Under the pieces are notes generated by a model. That model worked only from the letters and a program-made list of their open reading frames with translations, searched no databases and was not told the DNA's origin. From Macrostomum lignano (taxonomy: Eukaryota): 64,000 bases of DNA. Made by a program: the position numbers and the translations under genes. The stretch is taken from NCBI GenBank assembly GCA_002269645.1, contig NIVC01002652.1, positions 62,001 to 126,000 on the forward strand, read 5' to 3'. Positions 62,568 to 64,000 of this stretch are shown here, piece by piece; within the stretch, counting starts at the first letter, position 1; the number at the start of each line of letters is the position of its first letter.

Positions 62568-63912
62568 ATGCATCGGTACCACTACAACCTTTTTCCATGC
62601 CAAAATAGGCTTCTTCAAATGCAATATGACAAAGCTGCTTATCAACGTCATATGGATGGGGTATGTACTGCCCGATTCTCTTCGTAGGAGCTTATTTTGT
62701 AAAATGGTTTAAAATTATTCCTTATTTTCCTGTCTTATTCGTCCAATAAAGTTCAAAGTTTTTTAGCCAGGCTTGTGTCATTTAAATGCTTTTTTGTTTG
62801 GAATTAGAGTCTGTCTAGAATAATTTCTTCTAAAATTATTACATCATGTACTCTAATTAACAACATAGCCCATTCTCTATTAGAAAAATCATAATTAGTC
62901 TTACTAAAGGCGACTTTTTAAGTCACTACAAAGCGTTTAAACGTATTCACAAATATCCAGGTTCGAAAGGCTCGCCCAAAGGTGGACACCAGTTCACCGC
63001 AAACCTTCATTCATCTGCATCTCAAGCCGAAGAAGCTACAGCTGGAGGAAGAACGGTTGGCCATCATTGAGCGCGACAACCGCCTGCTGCTGGAGAAGAT
63101 GTCCACCATCATGCGGAAGCAGAGCAGAGTGGACAATGTTAACAATTACGAACCGAAGAGGTCAGTCAATCAGTCTCTCTCACTCAAGTCAGTCAGTCAG
63201 TCAGTCAGTCAGTCAGTCAGTCAGTCAGTCAGTCAGTCAGTCAGTCAGTCAGTCAGTCAGTCAGTCAGTCAGTCAGTCAGTCAGTCAGTCAGTCAGTCAG
63301 TCAGTCAGTCAGTCAGTCAGTCAGTCAGTCAGTCAGTCAGTCAGTCAGTCAGTCAGTCAGTCAGTCAGTCAGTCAGTCAGTCAGTCAGTCAGTCAGTCAG
63401 TCAGTCAGTCAGTCAGTCAGTCAGTCAGTCAGTCAGTCAGTCAGTCAGTCAGTCAGTCAGTCAGTCAGTCAGTCAGTCAGTCAGTCAGTCAGTCAGTCAG
63501 TCAGTCAGTCAGTCAGTCAGTCAGTCAGTCAGTCAGTCAGTCAGTCAGTCAGTCAGTCAGTCAGTCAGTCAGTCAGTCAGTCAGTCAGTCAGTCAGTCAG
63601 TCAGTCAGTCAGTCAGTCAGTCAGTCAGTCAGTCAGTCAGTCAGTCAGTCAGTCAGTCAGTCAGTCAGTCAGTCAGTCAGTCAGGCACAAATTAACAAAA
63701 AATCATTCAATAATTGCAGCCTGAACCGAGAGAAGCGACAGCGCGAACTACTGAAGGTCACGCGCGACAATAAGAGCATGATGGAGCGCATCATCAGCAG
63801 GTCAAGCATGCGACAGGAGCGGGAATGGGAGGCCGACTGGCAGCGGAATCTGGCTTATATGGACAGCATCAGCCGCTACCCCACTGGCTGGTGGGAGAAG
63901 GTTCGCGCTTGA
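62568..63912 (+). CDS. CFAP97D2: CFAP97 domain-containing protein (CFAP97D2 / KIAA1430-like); exons 62568-62660, 62961-63160, 63720-63912 (3' end may splice at 63900)
   Basis: HLHLKPKKLQLEEERLAIIERDNRLLLEKM and SLNREKRQRELLKVTRDN match the family. Phase 0 and phase 2 joins are consistent. Confidence 0.88.
63161..63684. repeat. (GTCA)n microsatellite filling intron 2 of the CFAP97-domain gene
   Basis: Direct reading; the donor GTCAGT has the same sequence as the repeat. Confidence 0.98.
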
Positions 63913-64000
63913 ATAAAGTCCATGAGGATCTTCTTCTCCGCTCCCTCAGTCCTTGAGGATCTGCCTCTCCGCTCATTCAGTCCTTGAGGATCTGCCTCTC

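Overview
Eukaryotic (animal) genomic DNA. GC-rich exons sit among micro- and minisatellites that fill most introns. The organism is probably a free-living flatworm such as Macrostomum (inference from repeat architecture and peptide type, not proven). Genes I can reconstruct: (1) a two-exon neuropeptide precursor on the minus strand, with a signal peptide, 22 copies of AYFDPINY-GKKR and a terminal variant copy; one repeat unit carries a 1-bp deletion; (2) an unknown 277-aa protein with a possible myristoylation site; (3) a divergent EFHD/swiprosin-like protein; (4) dynein light chain LC8; (5) a three-exon EGF-like single-pass membrane protein with a (DHNNQPx)31 cytoplasmic tail; (6) an unknown ~120-aa protein; (7) a five-exon FATP/SLC27 gene with a 1-bp deletion and a GC-AG intron; (8) an extended SDR/epimerase with a signal peptide; (9) CYB5D1 and a CFAP97-domain gene, head to head. 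Mobile DNA: a recent, intact Ty3/Gypsy LTR retrotransposon inserted in a minisatellite; a non-autonomous hAT-type element with an 8-bp TSD, long internal inverted arms and a nested MITE; a second MITE; two tRNA-derived SINEs; and a LINE 3' relic. No CRISPR array, rRNA or intact tRNA was found. The most novel-looking item is the neuropeptide precursor, which in raw sequence looks like just another minisatellite.
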